A DNA stretch of 64,000 bases, taken from a virus (taxonomy: Duplodnaviria; Heunggongvirae; Uroviricota; Caudoviricetes). Below, piece by piece: positions 10,458 through 21,970 of the stretch (positions are counted from its first letter, which is position 1; every line of letters starts with the position of its first letter). The notes beneath the pieces are model-generated. The model saw only the letters and a program-made list of their open reading frames with translations, was not told where the DNA came from and ran no database searches. Position numbers and translations under genes: made by a program. The DNA is taken from positions 8,147-72,146 of IMG/VR virus record IMGVR_UViG_3300031994_001875, one strand, 5' to 3'.

Positions 10458-10869
10458 TTTCTAACAGTTCCATTTGGTTTCGTTTTGCTTCTACCACATC
10501 GTCAGGAACACCGTGAACATTTTGGTATGTACCGGTACATCTGTATATATCTACAGCTATGTCATTAGATTCTGCGAAGTCAAAATATGGTTTCATTTCT
10601 TTCATAGTTGCGAAAGTATTTGCTACAATCACAACTTTATCACGCAACAAACATTTCTTTGTCTTTTCTAAACACTGTTTGTGTGCCAACCATAATTTCT
10701 TTGGGTCAAAATTATAGTTTCCATCTTTATCTTCAAAGTACTGGTCTGCTTCAAAATGGCAAATATCTGTTGGTGAGTAGCCAAATTTGATTAGGTTGCG
10801 AGTTAATTTGTTAGCAAAAGTAGTTTTACCACTACCCATAGCACCACGAACAATAATTAATTTAGACAT
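10441..10869 (-). CDS. P-loop polynucleotide-kinase-like protein (T4 Pnk kinase-domain-like; no phosphatase domain)
   Basis: GAMGSGKTTF is a Walker A motif, and the overall pattern resembles the T4 PseT kinase domain (VVIVANT.. / VHGVPDDVVEAKRNQME versus GVIISDTN.. / KAVPIDVLRSMYKSMRE). Confidence 0.55.
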   Translation of the reverse strand: MSKLIIVRGAMGSGKTTFANKLTRNLIKFGYSPTDICHFEADQYFEDKDGNYNFDPKKLWLAHKQCLEKTKKCLLRDKVVIVANTFATMKEMKPYFDFAESNDIAVDIYRCTGTYQNVHGVPDDVVEAKRNQMELLENETII

Positions 10870-11399
10870 GTTTTTCTCCTGAAAAAATAGGAAGCACGAA
10901 CAATGCTCCCTTACATTACACTAAAACGATTAGAACTAACATTAGTTAAGTCTAAGGTCATAATACAATTCCTTCAAATTGTCATAAGTAGTACCGTTCA
11001 TTTCCCAACGATGGGATATTTCATTTTTTGAGATTTCAAATTCTTTCAATTTACCATCACTATCTGGCATAATGAGTTTTACATTTGAAACCTTTGATAA
11101 AAAGTATTGGCGACCGGATAAATCAAAGATAATATCTTCATTGGTTACATCCGCTACTTCAAACACTTTTTCTTGATAAACTACTGAAGTTACTACACCC
11201 TGGATTTGTTCAACAGTAATACATCTATTGGAACCAGTTGCTGTTTCTTCGTAAGTTTGTTTACATTTTAATATCATTTTTACTCCATTATAGCAGTTCA
11301 TTATATGTATAAACTATTTTACTCTGCTACATTTTGTAGTGTATAATATAGAAAACATTTTGAAAAAGGGTATAGTAAATCACGATTTTTCGTGAAATA

Positions 11400-12557
11400 C
11401 TATACTTCTTCATTTTGTGGTTGTATCATCTTATGAACTGCAATTTTTACACCTTTGATAGATTTCTTACCTAACAAATAGTCAATAGCACACATTATGA
11501 TAGGAACTTCGTTCTTTTCCATAGTGTCTACTGCCATTTGAAACTGGTCTTTTCTATTTGGTTTAGCATCCATAATCTGTTGAGCAACCTGTACATAATC
11601 ATCTGTTCTATTTGTGATTTCTGTACGTATCCATTCTGCGTATTCACGAATTTCAGGCAATTCTTCAGGAATAAACAGAACTTCATCATCTATTGGTTTA
11701 TATGAGTTATGTTTATCAACATGAGCATGGAAGAAGTCCTTCTCAATGTCATAACAAACCCATATATTCCATTTAGTCATACCTTCAAACATTTTAGCCA
11801 ACTGGCACCAATCGTCTGATTTAGCCTTGGTCTTAAAACCATTATCAAAGGTGATAACTAGACCTTCTTGGGTCTTTGGCAATTTCTTTGCCCATTCTAC
11901 CGCATCATTGAACTTTTCAAATTCATACAGTTCTACCATACGAACTTTCAAAGATTTTGCGATTTGTTGAAGTTTTTCCAAAGATACTTCTTCTCCAGTT
12001 AAATTCCACAATACACCCAACAAAACCATACCTTCGTAATCATATTTAATTGGATGAATATCTTCCTTATATACAATTTCAAAGCAATATGTTGCGTTTG
12101 GATAAAGTAAATTTACATCTATGTTTTTATCAAACCATTTCTGTGCCCAAACTGCCTGGTCGGAATCAAATGAGCCACCAGTCTTAACTTGCCATTTATG
12201 AGTAAATGGATTTAAGAACACAATACCCAATGAACCATCCACCTTTTCCATACAACGGAATGGACCTTCCAAATTTGGTTTAAATTCTTTTGGAACTTTC
12301 AAATACAATTCGGACTTAAGACCTTCAGCAGTATAGAATTCCTGGTAGTTGAAGAATTTCTTGAAAGGACGGGCTACAATTTCACCAGTCTTTTCATTGA
12401 ATACAATACCACGGGCATTAAGAGTTACATCATCCCAATCACCAGTATAAATCGTATTCATAGAATACTTGAAACCAACCAACCCATTTTGACGATGGGC
12501 AGTTACTCGGCCTAATTTTTCTGCTTCTAATAATAATTGTAATGATGGTTCAAACAT
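11400..12557 (-). CDS. rnlA: RNA ligase 1 (T4 RnlA-like)
   Basis: 385 aa. Nucleotidyltransferase motif I KVDGSLG (T4 Rnl1 KEDGSL). The N-terminal region ...YTGDWDDVTLNARGIVFNEKTGEIVARPFKKFFNYQE parallels T4 Rnl1 ...[40 protein letters not shown]. Confidence 0.85.
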   Translation of the reverse strand: MFEPSLQLLLEAEKLGRVTAHRQNGLVGFKYSMNTIYTGDWDDVTLNARGIVFNEKTGEIVARPFKKFFNYQEFYTAEGLKSELYLKVPKEFKPNLEGPFRCMEKVDGSLGIVFLNPFTHKWQVKTGGSFDSDQAVWAQKWFDKNIDVNLLYPNATYCFEIVYKEDIHPIKYDYEGMVLLGVLWNLTGEEVSLEKLQQIAKSLKVRMVELYEFEKFNDAVEWAKKLPKTQEGLVITFDNGFKTKAKSDDWCQLAKMFEGMTKWNIWVCYDIEKDFFHAHVDKHNSYKPIDDEVLFIPEELPEIREYAEWIRTEITNRTDDYVQVAQQIMDAKPNRKDQFQMAVDTMEKNEVPIIMCAIDYLLGKKSIKGVKIAVHKMIQPQNEEV

Positions 12558-15242
12558 TGTAATACCTCATTCAAAATCTTTGTTAATGTTTTTATATGCC
12601 TCTTGTCTATGTGAATACTTAATAAAATCAACCTTTAAATTTATATCGTATTGAGCTTTGATTTCTTCCATAGTAGATTCACTAATTGGTTTAATCATAA
12701 CTTGTTTAATAGTACCAAAGGTCAAATCACTTGCAAAAGCCCAAAATCGGTGTTCACGAAAATCTATAACCAATCGTGATATATTCATTTCATTTTTATG
12801 GATTTTAATTTTGTTTAATCTTCCCGTTGAAGTCCAACAAGATAGCCAAGGTTCTTCAATATGGTCTATATACTCACTCAAAATCATCTTGTAATTCTTC
12901 CAATCTAGTTTGTTCTTCAAGTAGTTTATTTTCTAAAATCTGCCTGCGTACCATTTCTTGAATTAGTGATATATCTCCGTAAACACCATTTTCACAAATC
13001 TTTTTAAATTCATTTTGTGAAATGAAAGTATGTTGATTAAACATTACACCGTCATATTCACCATTCATAGTTCGTACAATTTTAGTTTCGTTTTCATCCA
13101 AAGTAAAATCGTATCTTATACTGTTCCCATAATATCCTCTCCAAGTTTGCCACATTCCTGGATAAACCCAACAACGAAAAATGTTATACCTGACTTTTCT
13201 TGTATATTGTTTTTCACCCCATTCATCAAGCCAGGCGTTACCATTAGAGTCAGTAATTAGTCTAGGTAATTTAACACAAGAAAGATGGTAAAATCCATAT
13301 TTGGCTCTACGTCCCATTTTTTCAAAATGTCTTTCGTTCATTAGAAATCTTTGTTAATCTCAGTTATCTTGTCTGTGACCTGTAAATTCTTTGAAGCCTT
13401 TTGATACTTACCAACATTTTCTACGAATTTGTCAATAATGGTATAAATGTATTCTCTATTCTCTGGTATGAGTTTAAATCCAACATATTGAGCATTTACA
13501 TTTATCTCACCAGGTAGATAGTCAACTACACTCAATACTGGTAATTCAATATAGAAACCAACTTCGTCATCGTCATTTATTTCATCTTCATTATAATCGT
13601 CCTCCAAATCTTCATTTTCATCAGGTTCAACTGGGTAAATGTTCAATTCGTCTGGCATACTATCATGGAATGTAATACAAGCATTAAATGATGCTTCATC
13701 AGTATCCATCTGACCATAATCTTTATAATCCCAAAAATGTTCTAACTGACCATCTTCTTCACCAACACCAAATTCATTAGTTCTGTCAGCATCGTAATCA
13801 AATTCCAAAAAAGCATCGTATTCATATTCGCCATCAAAATAATCCTGGCGACCGAAAACATTGTTGAAATGCTTACGATTCTTTGGGTATTGGAAACCTT
13901 TAGATATTGCGTAATTCAATATCTCCTGGGCTAATGCTTTTGATTCTTTTTTAGTCATTCAAAGTCTTCCTGTATTGTATCAATTTTTGCTTCTATTATC
14001 TTTTCTTTCCATTGTTTTACATAAACTTCGTAAGAATGAATTACTCGTTGTAAACGAGCTTTCACCCCATGCATAGTTTTGTATACTGTAGGTTTATTTC
14101 CCTTATTTGAATATGCCTTGCCATTACGCATAATGTAATCATCCCAAACATAAATTGAATTTTTATCAATCGCAAATCTGGTAATGATTATTCCTTCACT
14201 AATGTGCGAAGAGTAATCTTCCAAATCGCCAGGAAGATATAACATTTTGTAGTTTATGGTAGATTTGAGTTGTTCATTAAGTTCTTTATCTTGTTCTAAA
14301 CCCAAATCTTCACAAACTTTTATGTATTTTTCTACTAATGGCATTTTATACTTCTAAAATAATTCTCCATTTCTGCTTCGTTATGTAGAATGGTGGACTT
14401 CATATCGTGTTTGATTTCAATGTAAGATAAACGATTAAACACCTTGGCTGTGTAATCAGTTGTGGTTACAACCATTTGTGAACGAATTACATTTACACGA
14501 TAACGCCTAGCCAAATTACAGAACTTTTCAAATAATGGTTCCTGCTTAACTGGGAATGTTACATATCCCTTATTGAACTGTGGGTGAGCAAAATCATATT
14601 TAGGCATTTTCTTGTTTCTCCAAATAGTTATTCAATTCATTAGCAATTATCAACAAATACTTGTTTCGTTCATTGTTATCGTCAAAACTACCCTTCCAAG
14701 CATCACCAAAATAGTGTTCATAAACTGATTCTCCACCACAATCAGGACTATCAACAGTCAAATTACCCCAACGCAAACGAACATAACCAACCTGCTTTTC
14801 GTCTTTGAACACATCGTATTGCTCTGGGCAAGCATCACATGTCTTTTTAAAATTCAAACCCTTAATAATCATTAAAGACCTCCCATATAAAAGATATATT
14901 CCTGCATTTCGGCAATTACAGTAATTGCTGTGTCAAAATCTTTTGAAAATTCAATCAAACCATCCAATACAATTTTCTTTTCCATTACCAACTTCTTTTC
15001 TTTCTTATTGTATTTTGGTTTTGCGGAAAACATATATCGGTCAATACAAACATAATCTACTTCGCCATTAGTTGTAGAATTTGTAGTTACATGACCCAAA
15101 TCATACTGAGTTCCATTACAATTTACAGAGAAATAAAAACCATAGTCTGTACAATACTTGTTAGATACTGATATCAGCTCACAAGAAATTAAATTGTTAG
15201 ATGCCAATCTAACTTTATCTTTAAATTCGTCAACTGTCATTA

Positions 15243-15413
15243 GCAATCTCCCGACTTTTCATTCTTCTTATGCTTTGTTTTACGAGTGTACTTCTTCTTG
15301 TCCTTTACAACCCTGGTACGCATAGTGCGACCATTGTCGGAGCCAGCGATGCGTTCCTTACGCATGCGTTCATTTTCTTTTGCGGAATTTTTCTTTTTCT
15401 TGTTAGCCATAGT
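15243..15413 (-). CDS. small highly basic protein (56 aa)
   Basis: Unlisted ORF MANKKKKNSAKENERMRKERIAGSDNGRTMRTRVVKDKKKYTRKTKHKKNEKSGDC, preceded by the SD GAGAGGT. Confidence 0.4.
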
Positions 15414-15424
15414 TTTTACCTCTC

Positions 15425-15751
15425 TTAAAACAAATCGTAATTGTTTCTAACCTTTCGCACAATGGTATCAATGGCAGTTTGGCAATTCATACCAGTACAA
15501 TCAATAATTAGACCGCCCATGTGGTCAGACCAAGGAGAACCTTCGGAATCTTCACCAATCCAAATTTCATCAGCATGCATAGTATGTTTAACATTCTTAT
15601 CCGAGTGAATTAAAATGGTTTTCTTTATCTGGTTATCAACAGGCCATTCCAATTCAACCGCGTCAAAGTAAACATTAATTTTCATTTTACTATTAACATT
15701 TGCCGGAGCAAGTTTGGTGGCAAGATTCTTGTAAAATTCGTTCATTTCCAT
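15425..15751 (-). CDS. hypothetical protein (true start MEMNEF at ~15751; the longer ORF reads through the promoter hairpin)
   Basis: A promoter at 15784-15812 is followed by a weak SD; the first 22 codons of the track ORF cover the hairpin. Confidence 0.45.
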   Translation of the reverse strand: MEMNEFYKNLATKLAPANVNSKMKINVYFDAVELEWPVDNQIKKTILIHSDKNVKHTMHADEIWIGEDSEGSPWSDHMGGLIIDCTGMNCQTAIDTIVRKVRNNYDLF

Positions 15752-15783
15752 AATGTTACATCTTTTTCTTTTTACATAGTATA

Positions 15784-15812
15784 ATATAGTAAAAAATGCA
15801 GTTGTTGTCAAC
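15784..15812 (-). promoter_or_regulatory. sigma70-like promoter (TTGACA-17-TATATT) embedded in a palindrome
   Basis: Minus strand TTGACA (plus 15807-15812), a 17-nt spacer ACAACTGCATTTTTTAC, then TATATT (plus 15784-15789). The -35 lies inside the inverted repeat AATGCAGTTGacaaCAACTGCATT, and phased TGTAAACA/ATTTTACA/TTTTTACA tracts lie just upstream. Confidence 0.6.
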
Positions 15813-17142
15813 TGCATTCTTGTAAAAATATGTAAAATTTTGTTTACAAAACTAGAAATCTTTCTTGATTTCCTGTAATTTTTCGTACATTTGTACTTCT
15901 TTGCCCAATTTTAACAGTTTTGGCATAGATTCTTCAGGCCAAACCAATGTATAATCTTCTTTACCTAATGCTATTTGGAATTTATTAAAAAACATAGTAA
16001 GATATGGACTTGGGGTAAAAATGGCTCTCATTTTGTAATAACCATTTTTCTTCGTGTTTTCCAAATTCACAGACTGTTCTACACATAGCCGGCAGAAGTT
16101 TTTAATTGTCCTTTTATCATTTAGTGGAATGGTATTGAAATCAAAAGTCATGTTCAATGCTCCTTAGTTTTCTCTCCATTAAATAGGATTTAAAATCAAA
16201 ATCTGTTAATGGTTCTGCGTCTGCCCAAGAAATTTGAACAAATGTCATTCCAGCACAATGACTGTCTTTAAATGAAAACCCTTTTTGTTCAAAATGCTCA
16301 AAGATAGTTCTGGTCATTCTATCTTGTGGAATAGAAACATAGGTTTTCCCTTTACTAGCATTTTCTTCTATTCGTTTTTCAATTCTAGCAATCATTTCTT
16401 CATCGGAATTACGATTTACACCATTTGAAATAGTAATCATTTCTCTTGCAGTCATTTGAAATCCCTCTTTATAGATTCAAGATTTTGTTTAATTCGTAAA
16501 TCTTTAATTTGTTTCTGTAATTCGTAGGCTCGTTCTTTAATTTCACTATCAGTGACTAACCAACAACCAATGTTCTTTTCACCATATTCATCAATCAAAC
16601 AAATTCTATAACCAAATGATTTTGAATATGAAGTCATTACTGAACTATAATTTTTCATTGGATTTTCTAAATCCTCAGGTAATTGATATAAACATACATC
16701 TCTTGACCCTGGAATATACAATGTCGCTGGAACTAATCCAATAGATTCACATAGTTCGGCAAATTCTGTTGGTGTCATTTGAAGTCCTTTTCTATGTTCT
16801 TCAGTTGAGTTTTAATTCTACGTTCTTTATATTCTTTCAATCGTTTGGATAACATTTTAATGGCATCTTCTTTCCTTGTAGCCCAATAACCTTCTTCAAA
16901 TTGACCTGCATCAATAGAATATAAAATCATAGAGCCAGCAGGCCAGTTGTATTTCTTATCGTTATACAACTTTCTATCATCTTCTGTTCTGATATTGCTC
17001 TTTGTTAATCGTTTATAAGTACGATAACCACATATAGATTCAAACCAATCGTCCTTAAGAACATATCCACCATCACTGGTGATTTTGTCACTATACTGGG
17101 CTAGATTAAACATGTCAATGATTTCTTTGTAAGTTTTTTCGT

Positions 17143-17934
17143 TCATCGTAATATACCCAATTTCTTCGCAGTATTCAACATAGTAAGGTCAATAACATCA
17201 TATCCACCATACCATTTATTCTTTGTTATATCTTCGTCATAGAATTGGACTTCATTCGCAGCAGAACCACGTGCAAGTTTGTGTTTCCAATCGTCTAATG
17301 ATTTGATATGGTAGTGATATAAACGCACAGGTGCATTGTACTTGACCAATCCATAGGTGGTTTTAGAACAATCACTACCGACTACATCGGAATAACGCAT
17401 ACCATTTATGAATGGAACATGACCTCTTTCATTCTGTTCTTCTTTCGTAAAATCGTATTCATTTCCCTGGTTATACAACAATATACATTTTCCCTGGTTA
17501 CTTAGGTCAGCTCTGCGATAAAAAGAGTTTTCAATTAAACTTCTACTTCTCTGTTCACCAATTTCTTTTGTGGATAACAAAATCTGCGGTACTAATACAC
17601 AATCCAACATCTTAAACTGCTTCATTAGAGCGGCATCTAATGGCAAGTTCATATCATACCAAAGAAATTCGTCATCATCAAGGAATATTACAATGTCTTG
17701 ATTATCAAATTTCAAAGTATTTTCATTGAGAATTTTATTGTAAAGATTCCATTGGTCAGGCCAACCATGAATATACTGATATGTATCTGGTGGATTTACA
17801 TATCGGTCAATTCTCAAATCACTATCATTATGGAATACATGAATCTGGTCAATTCCTAATGCTTTGTGCCACTTATACCAAAGTTTAAAATCGTTATCAT
17901 TATATGGTTTAGTCAAACAAACTAAATGTATCAT
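17143..17934 (-). CDS. putative glycosyltransferase (DxD motif, GT-A-like)
   Basis: 263 aa ORF containing IVIFLDDDEF; there is no stronger homology signal. Confidence 0.3.
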   Translation of the reverse strand: MIHLVCLTKPYNDNDFKLWYKWHKALGIDQIHVFHNDSDLRIDRYVNPPDTYQYIHGWPDQWNLYNKILNENTLKFDNQDIVIFLDDDEFLWYDMNLPLDAALMKQFKMLDCVLVPQILLSTKEIGEQRSRSLIENSFYRRADLSNQGKCILLYNQGNEYDFTKEEQNERGHVPFINGMRYSDVVGSDCSKTTYGLVKYNAPVRLYHYHIKSLDDWKHKLARGSAANEVQFYDEDITKNKWYGGYDVIDLTMLNTAKKLGILR

Positions 17935-18254
17935 TTAAAAATCCTCTTGAATCTTTTTCAAATTATATTTAATTAGCCCATTTTTATACATTGTACTGGC
18001 TAGGTTATTAATGTATTCTACTTGATTATCTGGCAAATCATGCATACGAATTTTTTGTAAATCATAAAGTTCTACACTTAGAGATTTCCATTTTTTACAT
18101 GTTATATTAAATGTATCATTGTTTTCGGGTTCTTCTATGAAAATACCAATTCCATTATGTTCTACATCGGAAATACAATATTCACTTTTCATATAACCAC
18201 CAATTCTCAAATCCCAACCATCTTTTTCTAAATCTTTAAATAATGATTCTATGT

Positions 18255-18638
18255 TCATTTAAAATCCTCCTGGGCTTTTCTAATCACCAAACTGGCTTTT
18301 TCTTTCTTTAAATGAACTTGAGCATGTTCATACAACTGCCAAACTTTATCAATCAGTTCTTCTAACATTTCTTGTGGTATCATTTTAAATGGTATTTTCG
18401 CATCACTATCACGAACCATACAAATGCCATAAACATTTTCATTATCTTCACTGATTCTGTAATCTACAGCATAAGAAAGATATTTGTTACCCATTGAGAA
18501 ACAACGACCGTGCCAATAATCAACATAATCGCTTGGAATACACCAATCATCATTTCCATTATAGGCTACAAAACCGCGTTTCTTCAAAAGTTTCGCCACT
18601 TCTTTCTTGGTTATGTTAGTTACGAACTTTGGTTTCAT
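18255..18638 (-). CDS. hypothetical protein, tandem paralog of 18639..19022
   Basis: 127 aa. Shares GF..Y..DDW.IP..Y..........G.KY......Y.I..D.......I.......FK..P.EML.ELI...W..Y with its neighbour. Confidence 0.5.
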   Translation of the reverse strand: MKPKFVTNITKKEVAKLLKKRGFVAYNGNDDWCIPSDYVDYWHGRCFSMGNKYLSYAVDYRISEDNENVYGICMVRDSDAKIPFKMIPQEMLEELIDKVWQLYEHAQVHLKKEKASLVIRKAQEDFK

Positions 18639-19022
18639 TTAAAAATCCTTGCTGGCTTTTACTTCATTCAAATCAATTAATGCGTCTTTATACATTTTCC
18701 AAGCTCTGTTAATAAGTTCTTTTAACATATCTTCAGGGAGTAATTTGTATGTAATTTTTGAACCTTCACCAGCAGCAAATGAAATATATGAACCACCTTT
18801 AATGTCAGTCTCAATTTCATATCCAGTAGCAACAATCATATATTTTGTTCCAACTTGAAATACCTGGTCATAGTATGAGTCGCCAGTTCCATTTGGAATA
18901 ACCCAACCATCATCATCCATATCGTCAGGAATAAACCCAGCTGCTTTAATTAGTTTTTCAACTGCTTTCTTTGAATAGTTATTTGCTAATGGGAATTTTC
19001 TAATTTGTTTGTGTTTACTCAT
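18639..19022 (-). CDS. hypothetical protein, tandem paralog of 18255..18638
   Basis: 127 aa with conserved blocks collinear with the neighbour. Confidence 0.5.
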   Translation of the reverse strand: MSKHKQIRKFPLANNYSKKAVEKLIKAAGFIPDDMDDDGWVIPNGTGDSYYDQVFQVGTKYMIVATGYEIETDIKGGSYISFAAGEGSKITYKLLPEDMLKELINRAWKMYKDALIDLNEVKASKDF

Positions 19023-20859
19023 TTGAAATCCTGGTCTATAAGATTAAGATTAAATTTTTCTAACCCTTTCATAAATGTAATTTTTGCTTGTGAAAGAGTC
19101 CAGTCAATGAAATTATTATTTGGTATGTTTTCAAATTTAAAAGTTCTTTCAATTAAAACTTTTCTCGTTACAGCATTAACTAATTGACATGAAAATTCAA
19201 CAGTATTCTCTGTTACTAAAATATATGTTAAAATGTTTTCATATTTTTTTATTTCTTTACAATACTCAAATGAACAAAAGCCTATATAGACTTTACTCCA
19301 TTTATGGGATTTATGTAATAGTTTATCAAATTCTTGTTTGGTTTTAGTCATTTGAAATCTTCGTTGGCTTGATTTATTAAATAATCATTCAAATACTTAT
19401 GATACGCATTTAAACATTTGATATATTCGTGTTTAAATTTTTCATAATCTGTAAAATATCGTTCAGTAGTCATTTCTTCTTTAGGGCAACGATAAAAATT
19501 TTTAAAAACCAGTTTGTATTGTTTTTCATTTTCAACATATCCAATAACTGAATAAAAACTTTTCATAACATTAAACCACAATGATTTAGTTGGAATATAT
19601 GGTTTATCACTGAAATAAATAATACCTGATGTAATGCCAATTTGGTTTCGTTCATTAACATATAAGCAGTTGAGTTCTCGGGCTAACTCAACAATACGAA
19701 CCCCCAAATTCATCTTTTTGGGTTCTGTTTCTTTTTTAATCTTATTAAATAAGTTACGAAAAATCATCTATATTCAATTTAGTAATTCTAAGTATATTTT
19801 CAATAATTTTGTGTAAATAGATTTCATCCCAATTTACTGCATCTTTATGCTCCATTAAATAATGGAACATATTTTTGCGTAATTCTGTACAATACTGTTC
19901 TATTAAATGTAGTGGTACTTTTGAGAAATTCCATCTGAGTTTATAGTATTTCCCATTTGCAGTTGAGTTTGTATAATACTGCTTAATGTTTTCGGGAATA
20001 AATGGTTCTATTGAAACTTGAACACTGGGTGGTTCTTGATGGTTCGTGTAATTTACCCACGATTCACACCAATAATCTACTAGCAAGGATAATAAAACAA
20101 CAAAACGTGGCCTTAAACCAGCCACATTATTGAGCAACTTCTTTTCTTCTTTGGTTAGACCATTTTCAATGAGTGAAGTAAATTCGTTCCGTTTAATTAT
20201 CATAGAAACTCCAAACAAATGAATTTTAAGTTTTGTTTAGTTGGATTTTTAAGGTCATAATCTAAAACTGTGTTTAGATTTAGTTTTGGTTTGAAACCAT
20301 TCTGTAAGTTGCGGAATAGTTTTACCCCAGGGTCGGTAAAATCAAATTCTATTTCACATTCAAGTTTACCATTCTTAATTTTAGATTTCGTTACATGGGC
20401 ACAAACATCGTTTATACTCAAAAACTCACTTCTATCTTTTGAACCTGCGTAAATATATGTCGCATCTTCGTCAGTATCAAGAATATGTTTTACCCATTTC
20501 AACTGTTCTTTATTCAATTTTCCAAAAATGAAATTCAAATCAGTTGTATAATGGTTAGACTGGAATATATTAGTCCATCTTTCATATTCTAATTTAATTC
20601 TTGCTTGTTCTGCTTCTATCTCGGCTTGTCTTTCTGCCTCTAATTCTTCGGCAGTTTTCATTTGTTGGTAGTGAACACAAGGACCACGGTTTACACTAAA
20701 TGGTTGTCCGTTATAAGTCCCAGTGATTTTCACTCCCATTCCACCAAGCATAGGGCCAGGACCATCACCCAAATCGTCAAATTCAAAAACCATTGGGTCA
20801 ATGTTATTAGCTGCTATGTCAAGATACATTTGTGGGTCAATCATAATGTATTTATGACT

Positions 20860-21528
20860 TTACTCACATTTCTCCAGCTCATTAACATTTACTGGTCTAT
20901 ACCACGCATCCCAACAAACACAGTTTTGAATATAACTCTTGTCATTATAATCAAATCGTGAGAGTTTGGTGTCAGCGTGAGTATGCCCGTGAACAAACAC
21001 CACATTTGGGTCAATTACATCTGGCATTAAATCGTGGACTTCACCATAATCGTAATGCTGAACATAATAGATTTTATCTCCCCTAACGAACTGGAGTTTG
21101 TCAACCATTTCAATCTCAGGAATTCGTTGGTGGAGCTTTTCGTCATGATTTCCCATAACCCAAATGAACTGCTTTCCCTTATTCAATTTGTCAAAATATG
21201 AATGGAAAACATTCTTATATCTGTGGTCACCAGGAACACACAACATAAAATCACCCAAAAAGATTACAATGTCATTGTCAGTAATGGTCTTGTTCCACAT
21301 TTCAATAACATCTTTATCCATTTCTGTTGTGGTTTCATACTTACGAAATTGTTCAAAATGGTCCTTACAACTTCTAACCAACTTGTTATGGTTAAAATGA
21401 GTGTCGCTTACCAAAAAAACATTTTCGTTAGTAAAATCAATCATTAGTAGTTTCTTCCTTTGTTTCTTTTGCTGGGAATGAGGCAAACATTGTTTCTGTA
21501 TCAATGTTAATGTCAAATTCTTGTTCAC
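20860..21528 (-). CDS. calcineurin-like metallophosphoesterase
   Basis: VSDTHFNHN (GDxH), FLGDFM (GDxxD), VMGNHD (GNHD/E) and VHGHTH motifs. Confidence 0.7.
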   Translation of the reverse strand: MNKNLTLTLIQKQCLPHSQQKKQRKKLLMIDFTNENVFLVSDTHFNHNKLVRSCKDHFEQFRKYETTTEMDKDVIEMWNKTITDNDIVIFLGDFMLCVPGDHRYKNVFHSYFDKLNKGKQFIWVMGNHDEKLHQRIPEIEMVDKLQFVRGDKIYYVQHYDYGEVHDLMPDVIDPNVVFVHGHTHADTKLSRFDYNDKSYIQNCVCWDAWYRPVNVNELEKCE

Positions 21529-21970
21529 ATTGAGTTAGTGCCTTGATAACATGTTCATTCAAACCTGCTACTTTAGTACACATTTCATTATACATTGTTT
21601 CCAATTTGACCTTATCTTCCTTAGAGATGTTTTCGTTCTTACAATCTTCAATCACAAATGAATATGCTGGTGGGTCAGTTGTGTACTTGGATTTGAAGAA
21701 TGTAGCCATATTGTCAATCTTGAAATAGAATACCAATCGGCCACGATAATTGATAGCACACCACTTATACAATCCCTTGTATAGACTATTTCCATCAATC
21801 TTGTAGTGGAATGAACGCCCGTCATAACAATCGGATTCAAAACCAGCAGAATAGGTGCTATCTTTCTTTTCAGCTAGTTCAACAAGATAATTGATAGCAT
21901 TGGTAATCCATTGGTTAGTGATTTCTTCCTGAGTTTTTGAAATTGTCTTATTCTTTCCCATATTTTCTCC

